The notes: a model not told the origin generated them from the sequence alone. A stretch of 64,000 bases of DNA from an uncultured Candidatus Peribacteria bacterium (GCA_964652185.1 CAZZDD010000001.1:20407-84406); one strand, 5' to 3'; numbered from the stretch's first letter, positions 35,022-45,411 are shown. Translations and numbers: made by a program.

Positions 35022-35774
35022 TTAGTCCACATAGGGTTGAATAAAGCAACGACATGAGACGTGTGCCGGCGGGAATAACCCACCCGCAAAATTGCCACGA
35101 ACATCAGTAGTCGTCCCATTTAATGGCTGGCAAATTTGACATACTTTTTCATCAGATGCCGTGTACCAACGCATTTGAGTGATTACCCCGCCAGAAATCA
35201 GACTGATTCGCATTCCTTCAGCGAATGAGCGGGTGGTTTCAGTCACGCTCACGATCTCAGCACGCCGCCTACTAAACAATGTCCGTTCGAGATCAGCAAT
35301 CAAATCATTGTACGTTCGGTCGTTTTGCACCCACTCAGCAAGCAAGGTCCGTAGTTGTCGCTCACTAGTGGTTGCCATCGATTGAAGAACAGTGTTGGCA
35401 TAACCATCGCCAAACCCTGTTCCGAACTCTGTGCCATTACCTAGGATCCACGCCAGAACATCGCTATTAATCAGATCCCAATCAACACCATTAATGAATG
35501 CAGCTTTGCCGACACCCATCGCCCATTCGGTTTGTTGTCGCCCGATGTCAGCACCTAGCAGTGCACCATCGGTAAGCATAGCCACAAGCGCATCACGCAA
35601 GATTGACTGATTGTCCCGATAGCGCTGTACAGCAATGTCTGGCGTGATGTTGTCGGGTGTTGTACCCGCCGGTGCCACTTTGCGCATGATTTGCCGTAGC
35701 GCCTTGTGGATTAGCTCAGTATGCTTGTTCTCTAGCTCGCTGCGTTCACTGTCTGCGCCATCCGCACCCGGCAT
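35022..35774 (-). CDS. head morphogenesis protein, SPP1 gp7 / Mu F family
   Basis: C-terminal signature SDEKVCQICQPLNG....FPPAHVSCRCF. Start uncertain: ATG 35774 just after the portal stop, or upstream ATGs to 35855. Confidence 0.8.
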   Translation of the reverse strand: MPGADGADSERSELENKHTELIHKALRQIMRKVAPAGTTPDNITPDIAVQRYRDNQSILRDALVAMLTDGALLGADIGRQQTEWAMGVGKAAFINGVDWDLINSDVLAWILGNGTEFGTGFGDGYANTVLQSMATTSERQLRTLLAEWVQNDRTYNDLIADLERTLFSRRRAEIVSVTETTRSFAEGMRISLISGGVITQMRWYTASDEKVCQICQPLNGTTTDVRGNFAGGLFPPAHVSCRCFIQPYVD

Positions 35775-35778
35775 CGGT

Positions 35779-37530
35779 CTACGGGTAGCTTTGCCACTCA
35801 GATTGAAAAAAGGCATCAGTGCCGGCGGCATCCTCCGATTCGCGCACGTCGGCAACGATGGAAGCCTTTTGTGTTGGTGTCATGTGCTCAACAATGAAAT
35901 CATCAGGATCGCCGCCCGGTCGCTTTTTCAACCACTTGCGAAACGCCTTCATCTCTGCCACTTGCTGCTCGGTTTCATCTCCATCGTCGCTAACGTTTTC
36001 GCCAACGTCACCCCGTGTCGCTTCTTCTGTAGCTGTGGGCGCCATCAATTGCCGCGGTTGCGCCACAACCACAGAAGAATCAATGGACGGCAGCAACGAT
36101 GTGTCAAGACCGACGATGGCAAATAGTCGCTCCACCGGCACACCCACGGCCACACCCGCTGCAATTGCCTCAAACTTTGCCTTGAGTTCCGCCGGTGGTT
36201 CTTTATCGAATGGTGGCAAACCTAGTGATGTACGCGCCTCGGCGCGGGTAACAATGCCGCTGTTGACCTGGTATGCAAATACCTGTGTCAATTGCGCAGC
36301 CGGGTCTGTAGGCTCTGCCGCCGTAGGCTCTTGCTTGACCGGCTCATTTAGCAATCGAATACCACGAGCATCGGCCAACGGCTCTAATGCATAGTACTCT
36401 TGGCGCAACTCATCAATCGTCATCACCTGCGCAGCTGCGTTCTGTTCGGCAATCTCCATGCCACGGTCGACGATGCGAATATCATCGAATTCGCCAATCA
36501 GGTTGTCGCCATACGCCGGCAGCAAATCATTCGTGATCTTCTCTGCCATCGCAACTAAGTGCGGCCACACACCTAGCTCAATGAATGTCGCCTTACCCGC
36601 TTTGCTATTTGCTTCGGTTGCATTGACTGCCGTCATGGACGCTAGCCCAGGCGCATAGATACCGTAAATCTCCTCTTTGTTAAAGGTACGTCCGGCTAAA
36701 AACTCCATGTCCTTCTGCGACATCGCCATATTAATCCACGAAACACCGCCCTGCCCAACGTTGCGCAGCATCATCAATTGACGATTCGTGCCCCCATGTT
36801 GCGACGTAATGTCAGCTTTAATTTTCGACCACCGCACATCGTCAATCATGTCGCTAAAAGCCAGTGCGCCAGGTGCCTTGGCGTTGTTCTTGTCAAAGTA
36901 GTTTGTGTTCCATCGCTGCATGGCAAGATCGCCGGTTGCGATAGTGGCTAGCGATTCGATGGGAGACAAGCCAACAAACTGTGACAATGGATGGTAGCGT
37001 TTAAAGTGAACAATCTCATAACGTGGAATAAATAGATCCTCACCCGCATCCGTTTCATAGTTGTAGCCACGAATGAACATCCGTCCATCAGGTACAGGCG
37101 CAAGTTTGTTGGACGGAATCACCCAAATTTCATCGGGTTCCGATTTTTCATCCTTGCGGTTTAACCACCAATACGCATTGCCGGTTAGTGCCCGATAGCT
37201 CAGTGTCGCCTCAATTAGTTCAAAACGAGACATCAGTGGATTCGGACGGCGTAAGCGCAACTCAAATGGATGATTGTCGATGGCGTTGGTTTTTTCACCC
37301 TTGAGCTCTGAAACACCGAACGGCACAGTCGCCGCCATGCTCGCCACAGACGACACGGCAATCTGTACCCATGATAGCCGCTGATACAACTCAAGTTGCG
37401 CTGTGGGCATCGTGTGATCAGGCGTGCGATACATCTGATCTTCTGCTGTCATTCGCAGCCAATCTGCCTGTACCTGATCAGCTTTGCGGTATCCAAGCCA
37501 AGATGCTACGCTATCTAAAATTGTCGCCAT
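35779..37530 (-). CDS. portal protein (HK97-family type)
   Basis: 583-aa ORF directly after TerL. Portal-like blocks (LSYRALTGNAYWWL, FKRYHPLSQFVGLSPIESL, GGTNRQLMMLRN). Long acidic C-terminal extension. Confidence 0.85.
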   Translation of the reverse strand: MATILDSVASWLGYRKADQVQADWLRMTAEDQMYRTPDHTMPTAQLELYQRLSWVQIAVSSVASMAATVPFGVSELKGEKTNAIDNHPFELRLRRPNPLMSRFELIEATLSYRALTGNAYWWLNRKDEKSEPDEIWVIPSNKLAPVPDGRMFIRGYNYETDAGEDLFIPRYEIVHFKRYHPLSQFVGLSPIESLATIATGDLAMQRWNTNYFDKNNAKAPGALAFSDMIDDVRWSKIKADITSQHGGTNRQLMMLRNVGQGGVSWINMAMSQKDMEFLAGRTFNKEEIYGIYAPGLASMTAVNATEANSKAGKATFIELGVWPHLVAMAEKITNDLLPAYGDNLIGEFDDIRIVDRGMEIAEQNAAAQVMTIDELRQEYYALEPLADARGIRLLNEPVKQEPTAAEPTDPAAQLTQVFAYQVNSGIVTRAEARTSLGLPPFDKEPPAELKAKFEAIAAGVAVGVPVERLFAIVGLDTSLLPSIDSSVVVAQPRQLMAPTATEEATRGDVGENVSDDGDETEQQVAEMKAFRKWLKKRPGGDPDDFIVEHMTPTQKASIVADVRESEDAAGTDAFFQSEWQSYP

Positions 37531-37543
37531 GTATGTTAGTTCC

Positions 37544-39049
37544 TTATGCGAAATCTACCAATTGATCGGCTGTCGCCAAGCCTCTTGACCATCGAATCAT
37601 TGCCTGCGTAAAAGCGTCCACATCATCATCGTGTGCGGCGTTCGGGAAAGCCGCACAATTATCAATAAAACCATTCACCCATGAATATAGCGCTGGGTGT
37701 GGCAGATAGACGTTGTGCGATTCAACCGATGGTGATGCTGCATGTGCTCTTGCAATTTTGCCACCCTCTGGATTAACAGCAATCATGCCATCAATCTTGC
37801 CTTGCAATAGTTGAATCACTGCCGGCCCGTTTGCCTTGTCCTCAATAAGCTTGGCATAGGCTTGCGGCCACCTGTCTGTAAAAGTTGCTATTGCCCGAAT
37901 AGATTTGTTGATATCGGCACGCTCTTTGTAATAATCAATCATGTACTTACTTGCGCCGACACATCCCCAAACTTGGCCGGCCACAAAATCACTACTTTTG
38001 GTATCCTTGAATGCGAGATCCCAACTTTGCAACATCTGGTCGAATTCATCCGGCAAGTCAACGGCATCGATTTCGATGTACTCATTATCGTCAAGCCTGA
38101 TTGTAATCGGTGGCATCGTGACATCCTTGGGCTTCCAGTATCGCCAATCAGACTTAGAGAAAATGCCACCGGAATCAGGCGACGGTCGTTGTTGCAACTG
38201 CCCTGCCACAGCGTATCGATCCATGCTACTTTCGAGTCCGGCCAATGCCGTTGGTGTAAATCGCTCTGGCCAAAGTAATTGCCCCACTTCTACACGCGGA
38301 TCGCTCCACCCTATCGATGTAATGCGGCTTGTTTCTTCATAGCGTGCAGGTAAGCATAAGTGCTCATATTGCTGACCGTCGGACTTCATCTTCTCCAACA
38401 AGTGTCCTGTTAAATCCTGCTCATGCAATCGCTGCATGATAACAACCTTAACAACTTTATCAGGGTTGTTACCACGAGTTGACATGGTGTTATCCCACCA
38501 GTCCGTCACGGCTTCCCGTGCTGCCACGCTATGCGCATCTGCTTGTTTTAGCGGATCGTCAACAACAATAAAATCACCACCCTCGCCTGTGCCCATTCCG
38601 CCAATACTTGTCGCAATTCGATAACCGGTCTTATCATTATCAAATCTTGTCTTCTGATTTTGATCGCCTGTTAAGCTAAATGCATTACCAAAATTACGCT
38701 GATACCATGTAGATTGAATAATGCGACGACACTTGAGCGAATCACGAATTGCTAAATTTTCGCCATAACTACTGTACAGCCATCGTGACTCTGGTTTCGT
38801 TGTCCATACCCACGTTTGCCAAAAAACGCAACACAATAATGATTTGGCGTGACGTGGCGGGATATTAATGATTAAATTGCGAATCTCACCCCGTGTCGCA
38901 GCTTCTAAATGCTCAGCAATTGCATCAATGTGCCAGCCATGAATATATTTATTTGCCGGCTCTACAATGTGCCATGCTTGCCGGATGAACTCAGCTAGAC
39001 TTTTGCGTGCCAGCGCTATATTGATTTCGTCAAGCGTGGGTATTTGCAT
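37544..39049 (-). CDS. terL: terminase large subunit
   Basis: LIINIPPRHAKS (Walker A-like), FIVVDDPL (Walker B), RLHEQD, C-terminal nuclease motif AAHDDDVDAFTQA. Confidence 0.9.
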   Translation of the reverse strand: MQIPTLDEINIALARKSLAEFIRQAWHIVEPANKYIHGWHIDAIAEHLEAATRGEIRNLIINIPPRHAKSLLCCVFWQTWVWTTKPESRWLYSSYGENLAIRDSLKCRRIIQSTWYQRNFGNAFSLTGDQNQKTRFDNDKTGYRIATSIGGMGTGEGGDFIVVDDPLKQADAHSVAAREAVTDWWDNTMSTRGNNPDKVVKVVIMQRLHEQDLTGHLLEKMKSDGQQYEHLCLPARYEETSRITSIGWSDPRVEVGQLLWPERFTPTALAGLESSMDRYAVAGQLQQRPSPDSGGIFSKSDWRYWKPKDVTMPPITIRLDDNEYIEIDAVDLPDEFDQMLQSWDLAFKDTKSSDFVAGQVWGCVGASKYMIDYYKERADINKSIRAIATFTDRWPQAYAKLIEDKANGPAVIQLLQGKIDGMIAVNPEGGKIARAHAASPSVESHNVYLPHPALYSWVNGFIDNCAAFPNAAHDDDVDAFTQAMIRWSRGLATADQLVDFA

Positions 39050-39764
39050 TTTCCATCTTTGCCACCATATCGCGCATGGCTTTTAATTCATCCACAGACA
39101 ATTTACTGAGATCGTGTTTGATTTCGATAGGCCCACCATTCTTACCTGTATGTTCTATTTCCTGCTTTTGTCTCCGGCCACCCGTCTCCGATGCCAAATC
39201 CGCAAGTGTGGATCTGTACTCGCTAATCAATGCGGCATTAAATTTCACAATGTCAACACGTGTTGCATTCTCACCACTGCCAATCTGTTTGACGTCAGGC
39301 AACCACACCTTGTGCTGCTCAAAGCCTGCTTGTGTGACACGTGGTGCATTGCCGGATAAGGTTGCAGCAATTAGATCCTCAGTGGACAGCGATTCTGGTT
39401 CCGACGCCTCGTCGTAGATCTGCTTTTCCAAGAATCGGGCAAGCTGCTTAAGCTTAGTCACCCGCTCATAGTCAAGCGCTAAACCCTGTTCAATAACCTG
39501 TTTGCGCTTTTCATTTTTTGTAGTTTCAAGTTCGGCATCGTAGGCAGAGGCACGTAGTTGCCAGTCAAAGTCAGTAGACCAACCTTTTAAGGTGTCTAGG
39601 GATTCCGTAGGCTGTGTTTTTTTGTGGCTTTTAGTGTACTTGCCATGCAGTTTCGGCAGTGACCGCGACGGACCCATACGCAAATAATCGTTACACGCTT
39701 GCACGGCCCGATCTGTCTCATTATCCTTACGCTCACCTGCCAATGGCTCAAGTCGCTTTGTCAT
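39030..39764 (-). CDS. putative terminase small subunit
   Basis: Directly upstream of and overlapping terL by 20 nt. N-terminal AVQACNDYLRMGPSRSLPKL...WSTDFDWQLRASAYD resembles HTH-type small terminases. Confidence 0.6.
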   Translation of the reverse strand: MTKRLEPLAGERKDNETDRAVQACNDYLRMGPSRSLPKLHGKYTKSHKKTQPTESLDTLKGWSTDFDWQLRASAYDAELETTKNEKRKQVIEQGLALDYERVTKLKQLARFLEKQIYDEASEPESLSTEDLIAATLSGNAPRVTQAGFEQHKVWLPDVKQIGSGENATRVDIVKFNAALISEYRSTLADLASETGGRRQKQEIEHTGKNGGPIEIKHDLSKLSVDELKAMRDMVAKMENANTHA

Positions 39765-40046
39765 CTACTCCCCACCTACCGGAAAACGCAAGACATGAGT
39801 AAAGCTGCCATCGCCATTATTTTGCGTCGTCACCTTGCACTGTGCTGCAACCGCTTCCAACTCCCGCAACCGATTCGCCGCCTCATGCAACACTAAATCA
39901 GCGTCTCGATCTCGCTCTGCCGGTATGCGCATGTAAAATTCATGCAAACCCGCTTCGCCTTTTGTGACGGCATCGGATAGTTCGTTAAGGCGTGCCGCTA
40001 GTACTTCGGTCGGTATGTGGTCGCCGGTTTTGTATTGGTGGCTCAT
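39765..40046 (-). CDS. hypothetical protein (93 aa)
   Basis: Stop abuts the TerS start. Co-oriented. Confidence 0.5.
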   Translation of the reverse strand: MSHQYKTGDHIPTEVLAARLNELSDAVTKGEAGLHEFYMRIPAERDRDADLVLHEAANRLRELEAVAAQCKVTTQNNGDGSFTHVLRFPVGGE

Positions 40047-40558
40047 GTTTCACTGCCCGCATCCACGCTATCGCCGTGGCACTCGTCCCACAGATCATCG
40101 AGTTCGCTATTCACGCTTGACAAGAGTTCGATGCCTGCATTGTGGTAATCAATCCCGTTGCCGAATGTGGTTGCGTCCAAATCAATCGCGCCTTGACGCA
40201 TCAACTCCAAGCCTTTTGATAGCGATTCACCACCATCGAGTCCATTGAGCCAAATGGCTTCAACGTCACTGTTGCTACCGAGCGCTTCCCACTCAACAAT
40301 GAATGATTCGGCGTAGCCATTGTAGGCGGTGATGATGTCAACATATTCAGCGTTCAGGATAGGATCTGCGATGTCGCCGCTATCGTACGACTTGTGCCAA
40401 TCATACAGTCCTGAATCATAGTAGCCACGATTCAGATCGCTGTATACAAACCTTGCGGCGTCACTCCATACGCATGTGTCAGTCACAGCCGCCGCTGGCG
40501 CTTGTGGCGCTTCCGCTGTGGATAATGCGATCAGGATACCAATCAGTAGTTCAACCAT
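40043..40558 (-). CDS. secreted acidic protein (171 aa)
   Basis: N-terminal signal-like MVELLIGILIALSTAEA|PQA. Confidence 0.55.
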   Translation of the reverse strand: MVELLIGILIALSTAEAPQAPAAAVTDTCVWSDAARFVYSDLNRGYYDSGLYDWHKSYDSGDIADPILNAEYVDIITAYNGYAESFIVEWEALGSNSDVEAIWLNGLDGGESLSKGLELMRQGAIDLDATTFGNGIDYHNAGIELLSSVNSELDDLWDECHGDSVDAGSET

Positions 40559-40777
40559 TTATTCATCCACCTTCAATACAGTCCACTTAGCTCCTCTAAG
40601 TTTCGCCAACTCGACCAGCACTTCAACGTTCATCAATTCTTCTAAATCAGCAAGCGTCAATGGTTGATCATACTCACACGCGTCGCCACTGTGCAGCCCG
40701 TTGCGATACAGGATAGTATCGCCGCTTTGCTCAAAGTTGCGCCGGTGCCAACGTCTGGCAATGTCTTGTGATGTCAT
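40559..40777 (-). CDS. hypothetical protein (72 aa)
   Basis: ATG 40777 in TAATG overlap with upstream stop. Confidence 0.5.
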   Translation of the reverse strand: MTSQDIARRWHRRNFEQSGDTILYRNGLHSGDACEYDQPLTLADLEELMNVEVLVELAKLRGAKWTVLKVDE

Positions 40778-41106
40778 TAGATAACCCACTCGTCATGCAC
40801 TTCGATAACCGAATCCAACTCGACTGCATCCCAATCGATTGTGTATTTGGGATCGACAAGTCTCGCAAGTGCTGGCACATCGGTAGATAGCAACGCATTG
40901 GACAGTTGCAGCGGCTGATCGTATGTTAGCTCAATGTAGCCACTGCCAAGATTGTATAGCCCCCCGCTAGGCGGTAGCATGTTGCTGATCTCAACGGTGA
41001 ACCATTCGTCACTCACCGCCGGCACAGCCGCCTTACTCGCCACGGTGCCAACGACAGCGGCGCTTGCAATGCCTGCAATTTTCTTAAAGAAGTCTCTGCG
41101 ATTCAT
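40777..41106 (-). CDS. Tat-signal-bearing exported protein (109 aa)
   Basis: ATG 41106 preceded by AAAGGA. MNRRDFFKKIAGIASAAVVGTVASKAA is a twin-arginine signal (R-R-x-F-F-K plus hydrophobic region). Confidence 0.6.
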   Translation of the reverse strand: MNRRDFFKKIAGIASAAVVGTVASKAAVPAVSDEWFTVEISNMLPPSGGLYNLGSGYIELTYDQPLQLSNALLSTDVPALARLVDPKYTIDWDAVELDSVIEVHDEWVI

Positions 41107-41119
41107 GATTAATCCTTTG

Positions 41120-41560
41120 CTATTCATCACTCGGCACATCGCCGACACGCTTGCAAATAAAGTGGTAGCCATCCACACTGGTCCCGCCTAGCCCAGCCTG
41201 CGCAAACGCTTTAATATGCGCCTTGGCTTCGCTGTCGGTAACGACTAGCTCGGACAGCGTGTCGTGCGTGGATAGATTGATGATGTAGACTTCGTAAAGC
41301 GTTAGTGACATGGTTGGTTGCTCCTGTTTGGACTGTGAATATGATGCTGTAAATGTTTGGTAGCCATTTGATTCGTAAATAGAATTATCGCTACTGCCAT
41401 CATTCGCTTTGAAACGAACCTTATACGTATACGTGCCGTCATTGTGAACAGTCATAAAAAAACGAGCCCCTTGCCCTGCCCATTTAAGTAGCTGAGTAGT
41501 AGTGACATCGGGTTCAAAGTTATAGAATTCATCTACATGAATGATTAGTTCACTTACCAT
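41120..41560 (-). CDS. hypothetical protein (146 aa)
   Basis: Co-oriented ORF. Confidence 0.5.
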   Translation of the reverse strand: MVSELIIHVDEFYNFEPDVTTTQLLKWAGQGARFFMTVHNDGTYTYKVRFKANDGSSDNSIYESNGYQTFTASYSQSKQEQPTMSLTLYEVYIINLSTHDTLSELVVTDSEAKAHIKAFAQAGLGGTSVDGYHFICKRVGDVPSDE

Positions 41561-41933
41561 TCAGTCCACCCTCCACCCCTCTTGACTTATACCCTTTACC
41601 CGTCAGTATCAGCACGGCATTGTCGATATCGGTATCATCGAAAAATTCGGCAAGCAACACCTTGATTTCGCTGAAGCGCTTTTCTTGCGTTTTGGCGCAA
41701 TGCCAAGTAGTGAAGTTGAGCATCTCAACGCACATGCGCAACGGAATAGGTAGCTCCGATAATGTAAGGGGTGCGCCCGTGGCTGAATCGTAAGTGTATG
41801 CTGTCTTCGGCGCGCCTTTGCTAACCAAGTCTAGATAGCATCTAGCCAGATTCGATTCGCTGTACTTCATAGTGGCGAGTTGCATTGCCTCATCGTGGTT
41901 GATGACTAGTTCGTCATTTGTTGCCATCGCCAT
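41550..41933 (-). CDS. hypothetical protein (127 aa)
   Basis: ATG 41933 lies 6 nt after GAGGGA. Confidence 0.5.
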   Translation of the reverse strand: MAMATNDELVINHDEAMQLATMKYSESNLARCYLDLVSKGAPKTAYTYDSATGAPLTLSELPIPLRMCVEMLNFTTWHCAKTQEKRFSEIKVLLAEFFDDTDIDNAVLILTGKGYKSRGVEGGLNGK

Positions 41934-42078
41934 CTTCCATCCCTCTAATCGTCGCCGTCCGAATATCCGCCGACAACTTACCAACCTTGACGTAATCCCG
42001 TTGCGCCTTAGCCTGCGCTAGCTCGTCCCACATGGCTTGCGTGTGCGGCTGTGGCTGAATGTAGCCTGTGGTTTTCAT
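41914..42078 (-). CDS. possible small protein (54 aa)
   Basis: ATG 42078 follows the upstream stop with GGGTGAGG upstream. The longer track ORF would overlap the upstream gene by 119 nt. Confidence 0.35.
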   Translation of the reverse strand: MKTTGYIQPQPHTQAMWDELAQAKAQRDYVKVGKLSADIRTATIRGMEDGDGNK

Positions 42079-42085
42079 CGCTGCC

Positions 42086-42334
42086 TCACCCATTCGGTCG
42101 AATCTTCTGCTGTGCGATTGCATCCGCGATTGCGTCACGTAGCGACTCAAACGATAGTCCAAGAAGCGCTGTGCGAAAGTATCGAATCTCATCCGTGTAG
42201 CCATGAACCACGTTCACAAAACGAGCATCGCCAATCTGTTGAATCACGACACGTAGATCAATGCTGTCGCTCTTGCGTATCCATGTGGTCTTGTCTACTC
42301 GCTCAAAGTTGAGACTGCGCAGAAACTTATCCAT
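42086..42334 (-). CDS. hypothetical protein (82 aa)
   Basis: Starts 2 nt after the upstream stop. Confidence 0.5.
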   Translation of the reverse strand: MDKFLRSLNFERVDKTTWIRKSDSIDLRVVIQQIGDARFVNVVHGYTDEIRYFRTALLGLSFESLRDAIADAIAQQKIRPNG

Positions 42335-42335
42335 A

Positions 42336-43373
42336 CTATGCTCTCGGTATAATTGTTTGTGTCGGTGTGGCGGATACTGTCAACGTACCAGTGTATGGCG
42401 GCCCGCTCTCACTAGTACCATAGTAAAATTTAACATCGTACGAGTATGTACCGGTCGTCAATTGCGCCGTGGTGTCATCATCCAGCGCAATGTCCACCTC
42501 ATCATCATCGGTATTGATGGATATGCTTCCACCAACCAAGTCGCCCGCAGCACCACTCAGAACAATTAATCCGTCCGCCTCTGCGTCGCCTGGATTAGTG
42601 ACAAGAATCTGAATCACCGACGCTGTGTCCACCTGCGTGATCGTGCCCGACTCTTTTACGGTAAATCTAGCAGCAACCCAGTCCGCCGGCGCGACGATGC
42701 CTGTCAGTGTCGCACTGAACGTGGACGCACGAATGATCTGCAAAACACCACTAACGTTACCGCTAGACGACGCTGCTGCCGGAATGACATTCAGTGCTTC
42801 AATGTCAGCTTGAATGGCGACTTGCGTAGCAGTAAGTTCGGCGCTGGTTGCCGCGTCGTATGTAGCCAGCGCGGCAGCAATGTCGCCCGTACTAGCAGGT
42901 GCTACTGGCAAATTGTCTGTCTTCGCCTTGATTGCAGCAACCTCTGTATCGATGTAACTTGCGACTGTTGCCAGACTCGCGGCTGTTGCCAGGGCGGCAT
43001 CGGTAATCGCCGTGTCAACCTCGGCATTAACCTGCGCCGCCGTCAGCGTGGAGGTTGCCGCTGCAACCACGTTTAACCTGTCCGCGCCGCCGATCCATTC
43101 AGTGCCGGTAGCGTCAGCCCAACGCAGTTTAATGTAGCCGCCTGCGCCCGCCGCTGTCGTTTCGGCTGCCGACAACGTGATGTCAATGAACTCGCTACCC
43201 GATGGTGACACGACCGGATCGTTGTCGAGCGTGTCCCATCCACCGCCATTGATACTGATCAGAAAATCGTTGGCAGCGTCAATAGTTGGATCCGTTTTAG
43301 CAACGCCTGCGCTGGCGGCATCTTCAACTGTGAGTGAGACACTGTAGGTTTGCCCTGCGATTGGATTTGTCAT
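42336..43373 (-). CDS. fibre/spike-like Ala/Thr-rich protein (345 aa)
   Basis: ATG 43373 after the upstream stop. Shares architecture and AQVNAEVDTAI / DAALATA-type segments with ORF 45937..47538. Confidence 0.55.
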   Translation of the reverse strand: MTNPIAGQTYSVSLTVEDAASAGVAKTDPTIDAANDFLISINGGGWDTLDNDPVVSPSGSEFIDITLSAAETTAAGAGGYIKLRWADATGTEWIGGADRLNVVAAATSTLTAAQVNAEVDTAITDAALATAASLATVASYIDTEVAAIKAKTDNLPVAPASTGDIAAALATYDAATSAELTATQVAIQADIEALNVIPAAASSSGNVSGVLQIIRASTFSATLTGIVAPADWVAARFTVKESGTITQVDTASVIQILVTNPGDAEADGLIVLSGAAGDLVGGSISINTDDDEVDIALDDDTTAQLTTGTYSYDVKFYYGTSESGPPYTGTLTVSATPTQTIIPRA

Positions 43374-43404
43374 ATCTAAAGTGAAGACCCCTAGTCCTAT
43401 GGAG

Positions 43405-45411
43405 TTATATCGCCAAAAATCGATTAATACGCACGGTGCCGCTAACGACTCGCACAACAACGGTATGCTCATCGTAATCCATATTCCATACACTCAGGTA
43501 CGCGGTCCCTTGTTCGCTTAGGTCAACTTGTTGCTCTTCGCTGCCATCCACGGTCCAGGCATAAACGCCCGCGCCCACGCTGTTGTTGCTGTCAAACCCA
43601 AACGAGCAGAACGTACCCGTCCAACTGATTGTGCTGTTGACCGTGGACGATGTGCGTGCGGTAGTGCTCACCGTTGACCATGTGCCCGTCTCACCATCGT
43701 TGTCAACACCCGTACGGATTTGGCTTTCTCTCTCATAATCTGCCGATTCAGCGTAATAGCGGGACGGTAAGACGCTTGGTTTGTTCGGTGCAATTGTCGC
43801 AAGCCGTGGGTACATAGCACCTGCAATTAGAGCGTGCCCCGCATCGGATGGGTGAACGTTGCCAGGAGATGCTATATATGGCTCTATATCACTGTCATCG
43901 TAAGGCTCCCCCACCACTGCAACAATCGCGTCATCGAATCGAGCGGGCGTCAGACCGTAGAGCGAACAAAGAGCAAGCCATTTATCACGTACATCCTTCA
44001 TTGTTTGCGTGACATAGCTGTAATCCTCTGGTCTGGTAAAAATACCAACGACCAACATGGCGGAGGGGAGTTCTGTCCACAATCTCCGTATCAATGCTTC
44101 GGCAGTTGGCGCAAAGCCGTCGCTGCGATCTCCAATTTCGTCGTAGCCATCGTTGACCGCAAAGTCAACGAACACAACAGCGGGCGAATAGTCCAACACA
44201 TCGGTTTGAAGGCGCACCAGTCCGTACCATGATGGCGTGCCACCTTCTGCCGATTCAATCGATGTAATGGTGTAGTTCAGCTTGTTTTCGTTGAGCCACT
44301 TACGTGTTAGAGCCCGCCAGCTTGTTCCCTCATTTTCCGTACTGCTTGCGCCGCCGGTGATACTGCCGCCCAACCAAACCACATCAATGTCTGGACCAGG
44401 CTTGGTCATGAAAAACCCCTGCGCTTCACAACCGCCACCGGTACACCATAGTCCGTGATAGCCATTGTCAACGATCTCTGCGTCACTGATCGTTTGGTCG
44501 CTACCAACCTGAACATCGCCATACCAAAGCTGGAAAGTGGTTGACGCTGTACGCCTTACCTCAACGTGCGCCCCGGCGAAGTATGTGGCACTGCTGCTAA
44601 TGAGTTCTGTTATTGTGCCACTGACAACTTTGGACATTTTCACAGTCTCGGTAATGCGGTCGAAGCGTGCCCGCACGTAAGATGTGGGATCGCTGGTGCT
44701 ATTGGCACAGACTACAACACCAGCGTGCTGTCCATCAGGTATATTCCAGCCTGCCCGTACAATAACCGGTCCCGTCACAACTTGGTCACGGAAGGTCATC
44801 AGCGACGCGGGAACCATAATCTTTGCTGATACGTTGTCAAAGTAGAGACTAGCGTTTGGCGCAATGCCACGCGATAAAAAAAGCTGCTGGTTAGTGACAG
44901 ATGGCGCAAGTGTCACTAGTGCGTCCGTCCAACTTGTACCGGGGGTAATCGTCCCACCCACCGTTGTTGACGCACCGCTCTGAATACGTATGATCGCTGT
45001 GTCGTCTGACGCACGTACACGCACCGCAACACGCTCGAAATCACCAACGGCTACAGCCACCGTTTGCCGTATGCTGCAACCACTGCTTGAACCGTCAATG
45101 TCAAAACGGGCACTGTAAGTGCCGGAATCAACAATCGTACTCTCTTGGTTGACCGTGGACGATCCGGCGATAGTTTCTGTCCAACTCGTCAGATTGGTTG
45201 CGCTAGACCAATTCTCAAACGCACCATCAGTAAGCAACTCACTGCCAACCGATGGCGTGTTAGTCGCTGCGCCGTTGACGATTTGCCATGTACTAGCATT
45301 GAGCCAGCCATTACCGAGGCTACCATCATCGCGATCAAAAAGATCGATAAATCGCGGTGTGCCACTTACTCCCAACCTGCTACCCAGCAATCCACTACCC
45401 AATAATGTCAT
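43405..45411 (-). CDS. carbohydrate-binding + SGNH/GDSL-type esterase protein (668 aa), probable virion-associated depolymerase/deacetylase
   Basis: CBM4/9-like opening (LLTDGAFENWSS...LTSWTE). SGNH blocks: VVWLGGSITGG (I), SAEGGTPS (II), VFVDFAVNDG (III), VHPSDAGHALIA (V). Confidence 0.7.
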   Translation of the reverse strand: MTLLGSGLLGSRLGVSGTPRFIDLFDRDDGSLGNGWLNASTWQIVNGAATNTPSVGSELLTDGAFENWSSATNLTSWTETIAGSSTVNQESTIVDSGTYSARFDIDGSSSGCSIRQTVAVAVGDFERVAVRVRASDDTAIIRIQSGASTTVGGTITPGTSWTDALVTLAPSVTNQQLFLSRGIAPNASLYFDNVSAKIMVPASLMTFRDQVVTGPVIVRAGWNIPDGQHAGVVVCANSTSDPTSYVRARFDRITETVKMSKVVSGTITELISSSATYFAGAHVEVRRTASTTFQLWYGDVQVGSDQTISDAEIVDNGYHGLWCTGGGCEAQGFFMTKPGPDIDVVWLGGSITGGASSTENEGTSWRALTRKWLNENKLNYTITSIESAEGGTPSWYGLVRLQTDVLDYSPAVVFVDFAVNDGYDEIGDRSDGFAPTAEALIRRLWTELPSAMLVVGIFTRPEDYSYVTQTMKDVRDKWLALCSLYGLTPARFDDAIVAVVGEPYDDSDIEPYIASPGNVHPSDAGHALIAGAMYPRLATIAPNKPSVLPSRYYAESADYERESQIRTGVDNDGETGTWSTVSTTARTSSTVNSTISWTGTFCSFGFDSNNSVGAGVYAWTVDGSEEQQVDLSEQGTAYLSVWNMDYDEHTVVVRVVSGTVRINRFLAI

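Noticed and set aside
41451-41470. CGT TTT TTT ATG run inside ORF 41120..41560 as a possible second -1 frameshift site.
   Set aside because: No extended alternative-frame ORF follows it. The context is an ordinary Phe-Phe coding run (ARFFMTV). The same reasoning applies to the A8 run at 33650-33657 and the A7 run at 39606-39612.
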